NCBI GenBank assembly: GCA_963744995.1
Contig: CAVUWA010000002.1
Coordinates: 608,001 to 672,000 of the forward strand
Direction of reading: 5' to 3'
DNA from: Candidatus Eiseniibacteriota bacterium
Lineage (GTDB): Bacteria; Eisenbacteria; RBG-16-71-46
DNA: 64,000 nt
Below the pieces are notes generated by a model. That model ran no database searches and was not told where the DNA came from. It worked only from the letters and a program-made list of their open reading frames with translations. Both the position numbers and the translations under genes were made by a program. Of the stretch, positions 1-8,673 are shown in pieces (position 1 is the stretch's first letter; each line of letters opens with the position of its first letter).

Positions 1-390
1 GACCGCTACGTGGTGGAGATCGCCTCCAACGGTGAGGATTGTCTGCACATCCTGCGCCGTCAGCCGCGCGGTTTCGACATCCTGCTGCTGGACCTGATGA
101 TGCCGGATTCGAGCGGCTACGACGTGCTGCGCGAGATGACGCTCACGCGCATGTGCGTGGACCTTCCGGTTCTGGTGCTCACGAACTATCCCGAGCCGCG
201 CAGCGAAGAGGAACGCCGGCTGCTCCAGGAAGGCCTCGTGCTGGACGTCGTGCCCAAGTCGCGTGTCCACGACAACCCCAAGCTGCTGCCGCACGTCATC
301 GACTGGCACGTGCAGGCGCGCTCCGAGGACACCGCCCGGTTGCGCCGCGCGTCGGGCATGGACGACATGCCCGGGGAGCGTGCCGCATGA
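1..390 (+). CDS. Response regulator receiver protein (5' end outside the window)
   Basis: Frame is open from base 1. Receiver motifs FDILLLDLMMPDSSG and LPVLVLT. Confidence 0.8.
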   Translation, partial: DRYVVEIASNGEDCLHILRRQPRGFDILLLDLMMPDSSGYDVLREMTLTRMCVDLPVLVLTNYPEPRSEEERRLLQEGLVLDVVPKSRVHDNPKLLPHVIDWHVQARSEDTARLRRASGMDDMPGERAA

Positions 391-785
391 AGCACGTGCT
401 CGTCGTCGAAGACGATCCGCAGAACGCCATGCTGTTCCGCAAGATCCTGGAGAAGCGCGGCGGCTACCGCGTGTCGCTGTCCGAGGACCCCGCCGAGATC
501 CTCGCGATGGTCGACGTGGGCGTGGACCTCGTCGTCATGGACGTATCGCTGGCCCACTCGCACTACGAAGGCAGGCAGGTCAACGGCGTCGACATCTGCC
601 GCCTCATCAAGCGCCACCCGCGGCGCGCCCATGTGCCGGTGATGCTGGCGACCGCGCATGCGATGCGCGGCGATGCCGAGAAGCTGATGGCCGAGAGCGG
701 TGCGGACGGCTACGCATCGAAGCCGATCGTGGATCAGGTGGCGTTCGTGGAGCAGGTGGGCGCGCTGATGCGGGAGGCGGCGTGA
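387..785 (+). CDS. Single-domain response regulator (CheY/DivK-like)
   Basis: ATG at 387 overlaps the upstream stop (ATGA). MKHVLVVEDD, LVVMDVSL, ATAHAMRGD, SKP. Confidence 0.9.
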   Translation: MKHVLVVEDDPQNAMLFRKILEKRGGYRVSLSEDPAEILAMVDVGVDLVVMDVSLAHSHYEGRQVNGVDICRLIKRHPRRAHVPVMLATAHAMRGDAEKLMAESGADGYASKPIVDQVAFVEQVGALMREAA

Positions 786-1432
786 AACCCAACACGGAGA
801 TCAAGGTGCTGGTGGTCGAGGACGACCCCTTCTTCCAGCGTGTCCTGCAGAAGCGGCTCACGGTGGACGGCTACCAGGTGCATACCGCGGGGGACGGGCG
901 CGAGGGGATGAAGTCGATCGTGACGTTCGAACCCGACCTGGTGATCTCCGACTGGATGATGCCGGAGGTCGACGGCCTGGAACTGTGCCAGTCCGTGAAG
1001 ACCGGCCTCGGTGAAAACGCGCCGTATTTCATCCTGCTCACCGCAAAGGGTGAGATCAACGACCGGCTGCTCGGGCTGGAGACGGGGGCCGACGACTACC
1101 TCGTGAAGCCGTGTGATCAGGGCGAGCTCATGGCGCGCGTGCGGGCGGGGTTGCGCATCGTTCTGCTCTCGAAGCAGCTGCGGCAGACGATCGCCGAGCT
1201 GCGCGTCGCCAACACGGAGCTCGCGGCCATGAAGGACGCGCCTGCGCGGTTGATCGAGAAGCTGCCGATGTGCTCGGTGTGCCGGAACGTCCGCGACGAC
1301 GACGGGACCTGGCAGGCGCTCGACGTGTACCTGCTCGAGCGCGAACTGGCCGACTTCACCCACGGCATCTGCCCCGAATGCCGCACCGCCCATTACCCGA
1401 AGCTCGCGCCGGGGGCGCCGGGCGAGGAGTAG
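782..1432 (+). CDS. Response regulator with receiver, coiled coil and C-terminal Cys/His motif
   Basis: GTG at 782 (GTGA overlap). VLVVEDD, DWMMP, ADDYLVKP; C-terminal LPMCSVC...FTHGICPEC. Confidence 0.9.
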   Translation: MKPNTEIKVLVVEDDPFFQRVLQKRLTVDGYQVHTAGDGREGMKSIVTFEPDLVISDWMMPEVDGLELCQSVKTGLGENAPYFILLTAKGEINDRLLGLETGADDYLVKPCDQGELMARVRAGLRIVLLSKQLRQTIAELRVANTELAAMKDAPARLIEKLPMCSVCRNVRDDDGTWQALDVYLLERELADFTHGICPECRTAHYPKLAPGAPGEE

Positions 1433-1635
1433 GGCGGGGCCCTCCCCCCGGCCCGTCCGGCGGCCGGACGCCCCTGCGCGGGCGGCGGATGCCGGATGCC
1501 GGATCCCGGATCCCCTGCGGACCCTCGCCGGGACCCGGCCTGCCCGCGCCCGCGGCACCGCCCGGGCGTGTTTGGCCCCCCCGGCCCACCGCGCTAAGCT
1601 CTTCAGGTTCGCAGGCCGTCTCGAGGAGGAATGCC

Positions 1636-2400
1636 GTGGCTCGTCCGTTCTTGCTGGCCCTGAGCTTGCTCATCTGTGCCGTTCCCGCCGGGGCCGTCCG
1701 CGGCGCATGGGCGGCCGGCCCCGCGACGGCCGATACGGCGCTCGTCAAGGTCGGCGCCACCCACGCCTTCGTCGCCTGGCCGGGCGGCCACCGCGCCGCG
1801 CCGGTGGTGATCGTCGTCCATGAGTGGTGGGGGCTCAACGCGCAGATCCGCCGCACCGCGCGCCAGCTCGCCCGGCAGGGCTACGTGGCCGTCGTTCCCG
1901 ATCTCTACCACGGGCAGGTGGCCGGCGATGCCGAGGGCGCCCACGAGCTGTCGCGCGGCCTCGAGGACAAGGATGCCCTCGCCGATCTCGATGCCACGAT
2001 GGCGTGGCTCGCCACCGAGCCGCGCACGCGGGAGTCGCGAATCGGCGTCATGGGCTTCTGCATGGGCGGGCGCATCGCCGAGCTGATGGGCCTGCACTCG
2101 GACCACATCGCCGCGGTGGTGATGTTCTACGGGCGGCCGATCACCGACGCCGCGGAACTGGCGAAGCTGCACGCGCCGCTGATGGGCCACTTCGGCGGCG
2201 AGGACCGCGGCATTCCCGCCGAGCGCGTGGCGAAGCTCGAGGAGGGGCTCAAGGAGGCGGGCAAAGACGCGCAGATCTTCACCTACCCGGGTGCGGGGCA
2301 TGCGTTCATGAACGACTCGCGCGATTCGTTCCACCCGGACGCCGCGAAGCAGGCCTGGGCGCGCACGCTGTCGTTCCTCGGCCAGCAGCTCAAACGCTGA
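1636..2400 (+). CDS. Dienelactone hydrolase family protein with signal peptide
   Basis: GAGGAG RBS before GTG. HEWWGLN, GFCMGG nucleophile, YPGAGHAF. Confidence 0.9.
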   Translation: MARPFLLALSLLICAVPAGAVRGAWAAGPATADTALVKVGATHAFVAWPGGHRAAPVVIVVHEWWGLNAQIRRTARQLARQGYVAVVPDLYHGQVAGDAEGAHELSRGLEDKDALADLDATMAWLATEPRTRESRIGVMGFCMGGRIAELMGLHSDHIAAVVMFYGRPITDAAELAKLHAPLMGHFGGEDRGIPAERVAKLEEGLKEAGKDAQIFTYPGAGHAFMNDSRDSFHPDAAKQAWARTLSFLGQQLKR

Positions 2401-2402
2401 CG

Positions 2403-3410
2403 ATGCGCGTCCTGCTGGTCGGTGGTGCGGGCTTCATCGGCGGACACGTGAGCCGCGCCTTCCTCGAGGCCGGGCACGAGGTCAGCGTGATCAGCCGCGG
2501 CCGGCGTCCGGTGCCCGCGGGCGTCGAGCATCTGCGCGCCGATCGCGGCGACATCGAAGCGCTCAGCGCCGCGATCGAAGGCCGGCGCTTCGACTTCACC
2601 GTCGACTTCACCGCCTACGACGCCGCCGACGTCGAACGCCTGCTCCTGATTCCCTACGCCGCCCTCGGCCGCTACGTACTGATCTCATCGGGACAGGTCT
2701 ATCTGGTGACCGAGAACCCGCGGATGCCGTCGCCGGAGGAGGAAAGCGACCGCCCCATCACTCCCGAGCCCGAGCCGGATACCCGCGAACACGCGAACTG
2801 GGTCTACGGCGCCGGGAAGCGCCGCGCCGAGGGCGCCGTGCTCGCGCTGCGCGAGACGCACGGCGTGCGCAGCGTGATTCTGCGGCTGCCCATCGTCCAG
2901 GGGGAAGCCGACCACAGCCTCAGGCTCTGGGCCTACCTCGAGCGCCTGCTCGACGGCGGTCCGATCGTGCTGCCGGAGGGCGGTGTGCACCGCCTGCGGC
3001 ACGTCTACGCCGGGGACGTCGCGAACGCGATCCTGCGGCTGGCCGAGTCGCCGCCGCCCAGGTACGCGGTCTACAACCTGGCGCAGCCGGAGATCGTCAC
3101 GCTGCGCGAGCTGCTGACGCGCGTCGCGCTCGCCGCGCGCGTCGAACCGCACTTCGTCGACGCCACCTGGGAGGAGATCGTCGCCGCCGGCATCGATCCA
3201 TGGTTCTCGCCCTACGCCGGCAAGTGGTCCTCGATGCCCGATCCGGCACGTGCGGCGGAGTGGGGATTCATGGGGACGCGGCTCACCGACTACCTGCCGC
3301 GCGTGGTCGCCTGGCACCTGGAGAACCGCCCGGCGGAGAGTCACTTCGGCTATGCGGAGCGGCAGGCCGAACTGGCGCTGGCTGCCCGCCTGTCCCCTTC
3401 GGCATCGTGA
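2403..3410 (+). CDS. NAD-dependent epimerase/dehydratase family protein
   Basis: MRVLLVGGAGFIGG Rossmann motif, ISSGQVY, YGAGK. Confidence 0.85.
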   Translation: MRVLLVGGAGFIGGHVSRAFLEAGHEVSVISRGRRPVPAGVEHLRADRGDIEALSAAIEGRRFDFTVDFTAYDAADVERLLLIPYAALGRYVLISSGQVYLVTENPRMPSPEEESDRPITPEPEPDTREHANWVYGAGKRRAEGAVLALRETHGVRSVILRLPIVQGEADHSLRLWAYLERLLDGGPIVLPEGGVHRLRHVYAGDVANAILRLAESPPPRYAVYNLAQPEIVTLRELLTRVALAARVEPHFVDATWEEIVAAGIDPWFSPYAGKWSSMPDPARAAEWGFMGTRLTDYLPRVVAWHLENRPAESHFGYAERQAELALAARLSPSAS

Positions 3411-3553
3411 CGCGTGGTCGTGCCTCCCGTTTCCGGCCCGTGCGGGCCGTACGGGCGCCGCGCCCCGGCGGCCCGCGCGCCGCGGCGGAGCCGGCTGCGG
3501 CGTGACGCTCAAGCCGGCCCGGCGGAGCGCCGAAAACGCACACACGGGGCGGC

Positions 3554-3583
3554 TTGACCGATTCGCTTCGGGCTGGCTACTCT
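3554..3583 (+). promoter_or_regulatory. Putative sigma70-type promoter for tRNA-Asn
   Basis: TTGACC (3554-3559), 18-bp spacer, TACTCT (3578-3583), about 50 bp upstream of the tRNA. Confidence 0.55.
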
Positions 3584-3631
3584 CCCTCGCTCACGTTTGC
3601 CGGGGCCGATCCCACGGCCCGCACGGCATGC

Positions 3632-3706
3632 TCCTCGGTAGCTCAACGGTAGAGCATCCGGCTGTTAACCGGAGGGTTGTAGGTTCGAATCCTACCCGAG
3701 GAGCCA
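3632..3706 (+). tRNA. tRNA-Asn (GTT)
   Basis: Acceptor stem TCCTCGG/CCGAGGA, D arm AGCTCAACGGTAGAGC, anticodon loop CTGTTAA, T loop GTTCGAATC, encoded CCA. Confidence 0.97.
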
Positions 3707-3889
3707 TTTGCTTTCCCGGTCGCCGACCCGGCCCCGGGACCCGCCGTCCGCCAGGGACCCCGCGTCCGCAGGCGCGGCCGCCGCCGCCGCCCGCGACGTC
3801 CACCGCAACGGCGCCACTGCCCTCCGCGACAGCGGACGACCTGCGGGAATCGCATCGCATCGTGCGCTGCAGGACGATGCTTGCGCTGT

Positions 3890-6800
3890 TCAGCGTACGA
3901 GCGCGAAGCGCGCCCGCGCCGAGTACCCGGGCGCTTCGAAGCGTGCGAAGTAGAGTCCCGGCGGAACCCGCCGGCCGTACCGATCACGGCCGTCCCACGG
4001 CGTGACGCCCTCGTAGCCCGGCCCGACACCGTAGCGCGCGAGCAGGCGCCCGCTCACGTCGAAGATCCGTATGGTCCGCGGACCGGCGGCGACGTCCGCC
4101 GCCGCGAACCAACCGAGTTCCACGGCCCCCCGGGCGGGGTTGCGCACCGGGATGAGTCGTACGCCCCGCGCGAGGAGCGGCGTGGACTGGAGCACCGTCG
4201 CCAGGTTCGAGAGGGGGGAGACGTTTCCCGAAGCGTCCGTCGAGCGCACGGCGAAGTAGTAGTCCGTTCCCGCCGGCAGGCCGTCGAGCTTGATCTCCAT
4301 GCTGGCGCCCGCGGCGTCGACCACGCCCCTGACCGGCCGGGTCTCGAATTCGGCTGCCGTGAACGGACGGGAGGACGCGGCCGCCTCGTAGCGCACCGGA
4401 GCACCCTGCGGTCCCTCGTCGGGCACGCCCGTCCAGTGCAGGTCCACGCGCGTCGGGGCGGCGCGCGCGGCCTCGAGGTCCGTCACGGGGGGAGGCGCGA
4501 CATCGTCGTAGGGCGTGAGCGCCGGGACGCCGATCCGGCTGTGGGTCCGCGCCGGATTCCCCCCCGCGGTCGGCCATTCCGGCGCGCGCCAGGTGTTCTC
4601 GCCGGCGTCGTAGATCCAGAGCGAACCGTCGCTGCCGCTCCCCGCGACGATCTCCGTGGCGCCGTCGCCGTCCACGTCGCCGAGCACGGGGAATTCGCCG
4701 GCATCGCCCGGCAGTGGAAACCGCGCCGCGCGCGATCCGGTGGATGAGAAGGCCCGCAGCCCGTACCCGCCGACGCCGTTGTCGCATCCGAGCGTGATGC
4801 CCGTAGGGGAGAGCCAGGTCACGCCGCCCACGACGGGGGGCCCGGCGACGAGCCCGTCGGTCGTGCGCGGGAATCCCGGCAGGTAGGTGCCGCTGCCGTC
4901 GATCGCCGTGATCCGGTCGACCATGGGAACCACGATCTCGCTGCGGCCGTCGCCATCGAGGTCGGCTTCGGCCAGGCCGTCGACCGCGTAGACGGGAAGC
5001 GTGTGAGAGAAGACCAGCGCTCCGCCGGCGTCCCAGGCCGTGATCAGCGACCCGCCGGCCGCGACGACTTCCGGGCCCACCCCCTGCGCACCCGTCACGA
5101 CGATCACGTCGGCGGCAGGGAACAGGTGCTGCCGGGGCCAGCCCGGGAGCGTCGCGCCGGATCCGTCGATGGCGATGATCGTCCCGCTGGCGGCCGCGGC
5201 GACGATGTCCGCCCCCGGCGTGCCGCCCAGATCGGCCACCGCAAGCTTCAGGTTGGGCCCGGGAGACGCCACGCCGCGCGGGAAGCCATCCACGCTCGTG
5301 CCGTCCGCATGCCAGGCGTACACGCGGCCGTCGTCGCCGCCCCAGGTCAGCTCCGGCACGCCGTCGCCGTCGAGGTCGCCGAGCTCCGGCCCGATCCGGA
5401 CCGGGTCGCTGATCGACGTGGCGGCGACGGGCCAGCCGGGGACCGGATTGCCGAGCAGATCGTAGGCATGGATCTTCCGGTCGGCGCAGGGGACGTAGAT
5501 CACCGTGCCGAGGCCGGTGCCGGGATCGGCGGCCGCCATCATGCCGACCGGGGGTGCCGGCAGTGTGATGCGGCCGAGGGTCTCGCCGCTGCGACCGCCG
5601 ATGAACACGATCTCGCCGGTGTCGAGCGCGAAGGCCAGCCGCGCCTCGCCGCGCAATGCGGGGATGACCAGCGCCGGGCCTACCGAACGGCCTGCCGCGT
5701 GGAGATGGAACGAACGCGGGCCCTCGGTGAGCGCGCGACCGGCGTTGAGCCGGCCCGTGCCGTAGCCGGATACGCCCGGGTTCAGGTTCTCGATCGGATC
5801 GGTCGTTTCCATCAGCCGCAGCTTCACGTCGATCGGGGCGAGCGGCGGCAGGCCCTGTGCGCGGCGCCGAGACTGGAGGAGGGCGGCCGTCGCGGCCACG
5901 ATCGGTGCGGAGAACGACGTTCCGCTCGCGCCGGTCGTGTACGAGGGTTGCCGGTCGGTGAGACTGTCGCCGCCCGCGTGCGTGAGCGTGGTCGCCGGGA
6001 TGTTCAGCCCGGGCGCGCTCAGGGCGACCATAGGAAGCAGATTCGAGAACGGCGCGATGACGTCCGTGGGCCCGGTGGCGGCCACCGAGACGACCTCGGG
6101 CAGCTGTGCGGCGGCCGCCGGGGAGCCGTTGTTGCCGGACGAGAACACCACCGTGACACCCGCCCGCACGGCATCCTCGATCGCGGCGAGAAAGTAGTGG
6201 TCGGCGGTGCTGCCGAACGAGCAGTTGACCACGCTCGCGCCGTTCGCGACGGCGTAGGCGATCGCCTTCGCGGCGAAGCTCAGATCGACGAGTCCGATCG
6301 GGAAGTCCTGCGCCGACCAGCCGACGCGCAGCGGCATGATGCGGATGTCCGGCGCCATGCCCGCGATGCCGATCCGGTTGTTCGTGTGCGCGGCGGCGAC
6401 GCCGGACACGGCGGTGCCGTGTCCGGCGAAGTCGTTCGGATCGGGGTCCTCGTCGCGCCAGTCTTCGAGCGGGCGCACGTCGTCGGCGGTGGGCAGCGCG
6501 ACGAAATCCCAGCCCTGGACGTCGTCGACGTAGCCGTTACCGTCATCGTCCACGCCGGGCAGACCGTCCCGCTCCGCCGCGTTCCACCACAGCTGACCGG
6601 CGAGGTCCGGGTGATCGTGCAACACCCCGGTGTCGAGCACCGCGAGCACGATCGACGTGTCGCCGCGCGTGAGGTCCCAGGCTTCCGGCGCATGCACGTC
6701 GTGGCGCGAGAGCTGGTAGAGATGAGCGGAGACGTCCCACAGGGAGTCGTCCGGGAATCCGCTCACCGGCACGATCGCGACGGGCTCGGCGGAGGCGACA

Positions 6801-7156
6801 TCGGGCAGCGCGGCGAACGCCGCGGCGGCCGCGCGCGGATCGACGCCCGGGGGCAGGTCTGCCGCCCAGAACGAGCGGAGGTCCGCCAGCGGTCCGGCGA
6901 GACGGCCGGTGAACGCCGGAGCGAAGCCGCGCACACCGAGCCGCGCAGCGACGCGGTCGATGGCGGGCACGGCGAGCCGCGGCGTGGCGCCCCGCACGAC
7001 GCGGGTATCCACCTGCACGGCGGCATCCGGTGCGAGGCGCAGGATGATGCGGTCGTGGCGGTATCGAACGCCGGGGACGGCGGTCGGCGCCGCCTGGAGG
7101 GCCGCGCGGGCCGGGGCCGCGAGCAGCAGCGCCGCGAGTATCGCGGTTCGGATCAT
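3890..7156 (-). CDS. Secreted S8 subtilisin-like serine peptidase with FG-GAP/VCBS repeats, FN3-like domain and FlgD-like Ig C-terminal domain
   Basis: Signal peptide. Triad motifs VLDTG, GHGTAVSG, GTSFSAP. Repeated DLDGDG motifs. C-terminus IFDVSGRL...WDGRDRYGRRVPPGLYFAR. Confidence 0.9.
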   Translation of the reverse strand: MIRTAILAALLLAAPARAALQAAPTAVPGVRYRHDRIILRLAPDAAVQVDTRVVRGATPRLAVPAIDRVAARLGVRGFAPAFTGRLAGPLADLRSFWAADLPPGVDPRAAAAAFAALPDVASAEPVAIVPVSGFPDDSLWDVSAHLYQLSRHDVHAPEAWDLTRGDTSIVLAVLDTGVLHDHPDLAGQLWWNAAERDGLPGVDDDGNGYVDDVQGWDFVALPTADDVRPLEDWRDEDPDPNDFAGHGTAVSGVAAAHTNNRIGIAGMAPDIRIMPLRVGWSAQDFPIGLVDLSFAAKAIAYAVANGASVVNCSFGSTADHYFLAAIEDAVRAGVTVVFSSGNNGSPAAAAQLPEVVSVAATGPTDVIAPFSNLLPMVALSAPGLNIPATTLTHAGGDSLTDRQPSYTTGASGTSFSAPIVAATAALLQSRRRAQGLPPLAPIDVKLRLMETTDPIENLNPGVSGYGTGRLNAGRALTEGPRSFHLHAAGRSVGPALVIPALRGEARLAFALDTGEIVFIGGRSGETLGRITLPAPPVGMMAAADPGTGLGTVIYVPCADRKIHAYDLLGNPVPGWPVAATSISDPVRIGPELGDLDGDGVPELTWGGDDGRVYAWHADGTSVDGFPRGVASPGPNLKLAVADLGGTPGADIVAAAASGTIIAIDGSGATLPGWPRQHLFPAADVIVVTGAQGVGPEVVAAGGSLITAWDAGGALVFSHTLPVYAVDGLAEADLDGDGRSEIVVPMVDRITAIDGSGTYLPGFPRTTDGLVAGPPVVGGVTWLSPTGITLGCDNGVGGYGLRAFSSTGSRAARFPLPGDAGEFPVLGDVDGDGATEIVAGSGSDGSLWIYDAGENTWRAPEWPTAGGNPARTHSRIGVPALTPYDDVAPPPVTDLEAARAAPTRVDLHWTGVPDEGPQGAPVRYEAAASSRPFTAAEFETRPVRGVVDAAGASMEIKLDGLPAGTDYYFAVRSTDASGNVSPLSNLATVLQSTPLLARGVRLIPVRNPARGAVELGWFAAADVAAGPRTIRIFDVSGRLLARYGVGPGYEGVTPWDGRDRYGRRVPPGLYFARFEAPGYSARARFALVR

Positions 7157-7208
7157 CAGGGCCCCCCCGCCCGGCTGGAGGAACTGTAGCGGACGATGCG
7201 GCTTCGAT

Positions 7209-7925
7209 CTAGAGGTATGACGCCTTGATGGCGCCCCAGGTCAGCGTCTGAGTGGGATTCGGGTTATCGACCCCGGTGGGATGAACGCGTGCGGCGGGCG
7301 CCGCGCTGGATGCGGTCTCGTCCTCCCAGCGATCGATCCACCAGCGGGTCGAGTCCGGCCGCTCGCCCTGGGCGGCGAGGTCGGCGGGGATCGCGGCCGA
7401 GTCGCCACGCACGAAGAAGAACAGACCGGCACCCCTCACCTCGAGCAGGCTCTGCCCGCGGGTGATGCGCAGATTGACCTCCGCCCTGATTTCGCGGTGC
7501 CACTTCGGATCGTCGCCGGGCCGGCTGCTTGGAAAGTCCGTCAGCACGTTGGTGAAGTCGAGGCTGATCCGGTCGGCGGGCGGCTCGGGGCCACCGCCCG
7601 CGAACAGATGGGTGGCGGACAGCAGTTCGTCCTCGAGCATCCAGGGCCGATTCCGGAACCCGCTGCCCGCGGAGTCGGTTTCCGCGAACGCGAACACGAA
7701 GTCTTCGGAGAAGAGCCGGCTGAACAGCGCCAGGTCCCGATTTTCGTACGCGTACTTGAACGCCTGGAGGACGTGCACGGGCGTGTCGAGCGGCGGGGTC
7801 GACACGACCGCGGGGGCGTTGGGCGAGTGATGCGAACAGGCGGCCAGCCCGGTGGCGAGGAAAACCGCAGCGAGGCCGGCCAGCAGCGGTTGCCGCGCAC
7901 GATGGAGAACGGAGGCCCGTATCAT
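7209..7925 (-). CDS. Hypothetical lipoprotein with C-terminal TWGAIKASYL tail
   Basis: Lipobox-like LAAC. NTF2/SnoaL-like start (AYENRDL...FSEDFVF). Directly upstream of the S8 gene. Confidence 0.7.
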   Translation of the reverse strand: MIRASVLHRARQPLLAGLAAVFLATGLAACSHHSPNAPAVVSTPPLDTPVHVLQAFKYAYENRDLALFSRLFSEDFVFAFAETDSAGSGFRNRPWMLEDELLSATHLFAGGGPEPPADRISLDFTNVLTDFPSSRPGDDPKWHREIRAEVNLRITRGQSLLEVRGAGLFFFVRGDSAAIPADLAAQGERPDSTRWWIDRWEDETASSAAPAARVHPTGVDNPNPTQTLTWGAIKASYL

Positions 7926-8079
7926 ACGTCGTATTGTACCCGCGGGCGGTCCCGCGGATCCCGAGAATCGCTTCCTCGCTCAACGAGCGGAGGCGGCGCC
8001 GTCGAAACCTCGCGGCCAGACCTTGCATCCCAAAGGGCATCCGCCCTCCGAACCCGTTCCTCCGCAAGGAGATGCACAC

Positions 8080-8658
8080 ATGGTCAAGACCCCCTCGCAG
8101 ATGCTGGATCTCGGCACGCCGCTGCCCCCGTTCTCGCTTCCCGACGCCGTGTCGGGGAGAACGATCGAGGATACCGCGCTCCAGGGCCATGCGACGGTGA
8201 TCATGTTCCTCTGCAACCACTGCCCGTTCGTCCAGCACGTGCTGGACGAACTGGGCAGGCTGGACGCCGAGTACACGCCCAGGGAGGTGACGTTCGTCGC
8301 GATCAACTCGAACGACCTCGCGGCCCATCCGGACGACGCGCCTGCTCACATGAAGGCGCTCGCGGTCGAGCGCGGCTGGACGTTTCCGTTCCTGTTCGAT
8401 GAGACGCAGGAGACGGCGAAGGCGTTCCACGCCGCCTGCACGCCCGACTTCTACGTGTTCGACGCCGCGCGGCGGCTGGTCTATCGCGGTCAGCTCGATG
8501 ACAGCCGCCCGGGGAACGGCATCCCCGTGACGGGGCACGACCTGCGCGCGGCGCTCGAGGCGGTTCTCGCGGGCCGGCCGGCGCCGGCCGGGCAGCGGCC
8601 GAGCGTCGGCTGCAACATCAAGTGGAAGGCCGGCAACGCGCCGGCCTGGTTCGGCTGA
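8080..8658 (+). CDS. Thioredoxin/AhpC-TSA family redoxin
   Basis: AAGGAG RBS. FLCNHCPFV, ACTPDFY, YRGQLDDSRP, SVGCNIKW. Confidence 0.9.
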   Translation: MVKTPSQMLDLGTPLPPFSLPDAVSGRTIEDTALQGHATVIMFLCNHCPFVQHVLDELGRLDAEYTPREVTFVAINSNDLAAHPDDAPAHMKALAVERGWTFPFLFDETQETAKAFHAACTPDFYVFDAARRLVYRGQLDDSRPGNGIPVTGHDLRAALEAVLAGRPAPAGQRPSVGCNIKWKAGNAPAWFG

Positions 8659-8673
8659 GCGGGACGGCCGGCC

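Noticed and set aside
3632..3890. tRNA-Asn as an integration site for a genomic island
   Set aside because: No integrase nearby, and I found no duplicated tRNA 3' end elsewhere in the window.
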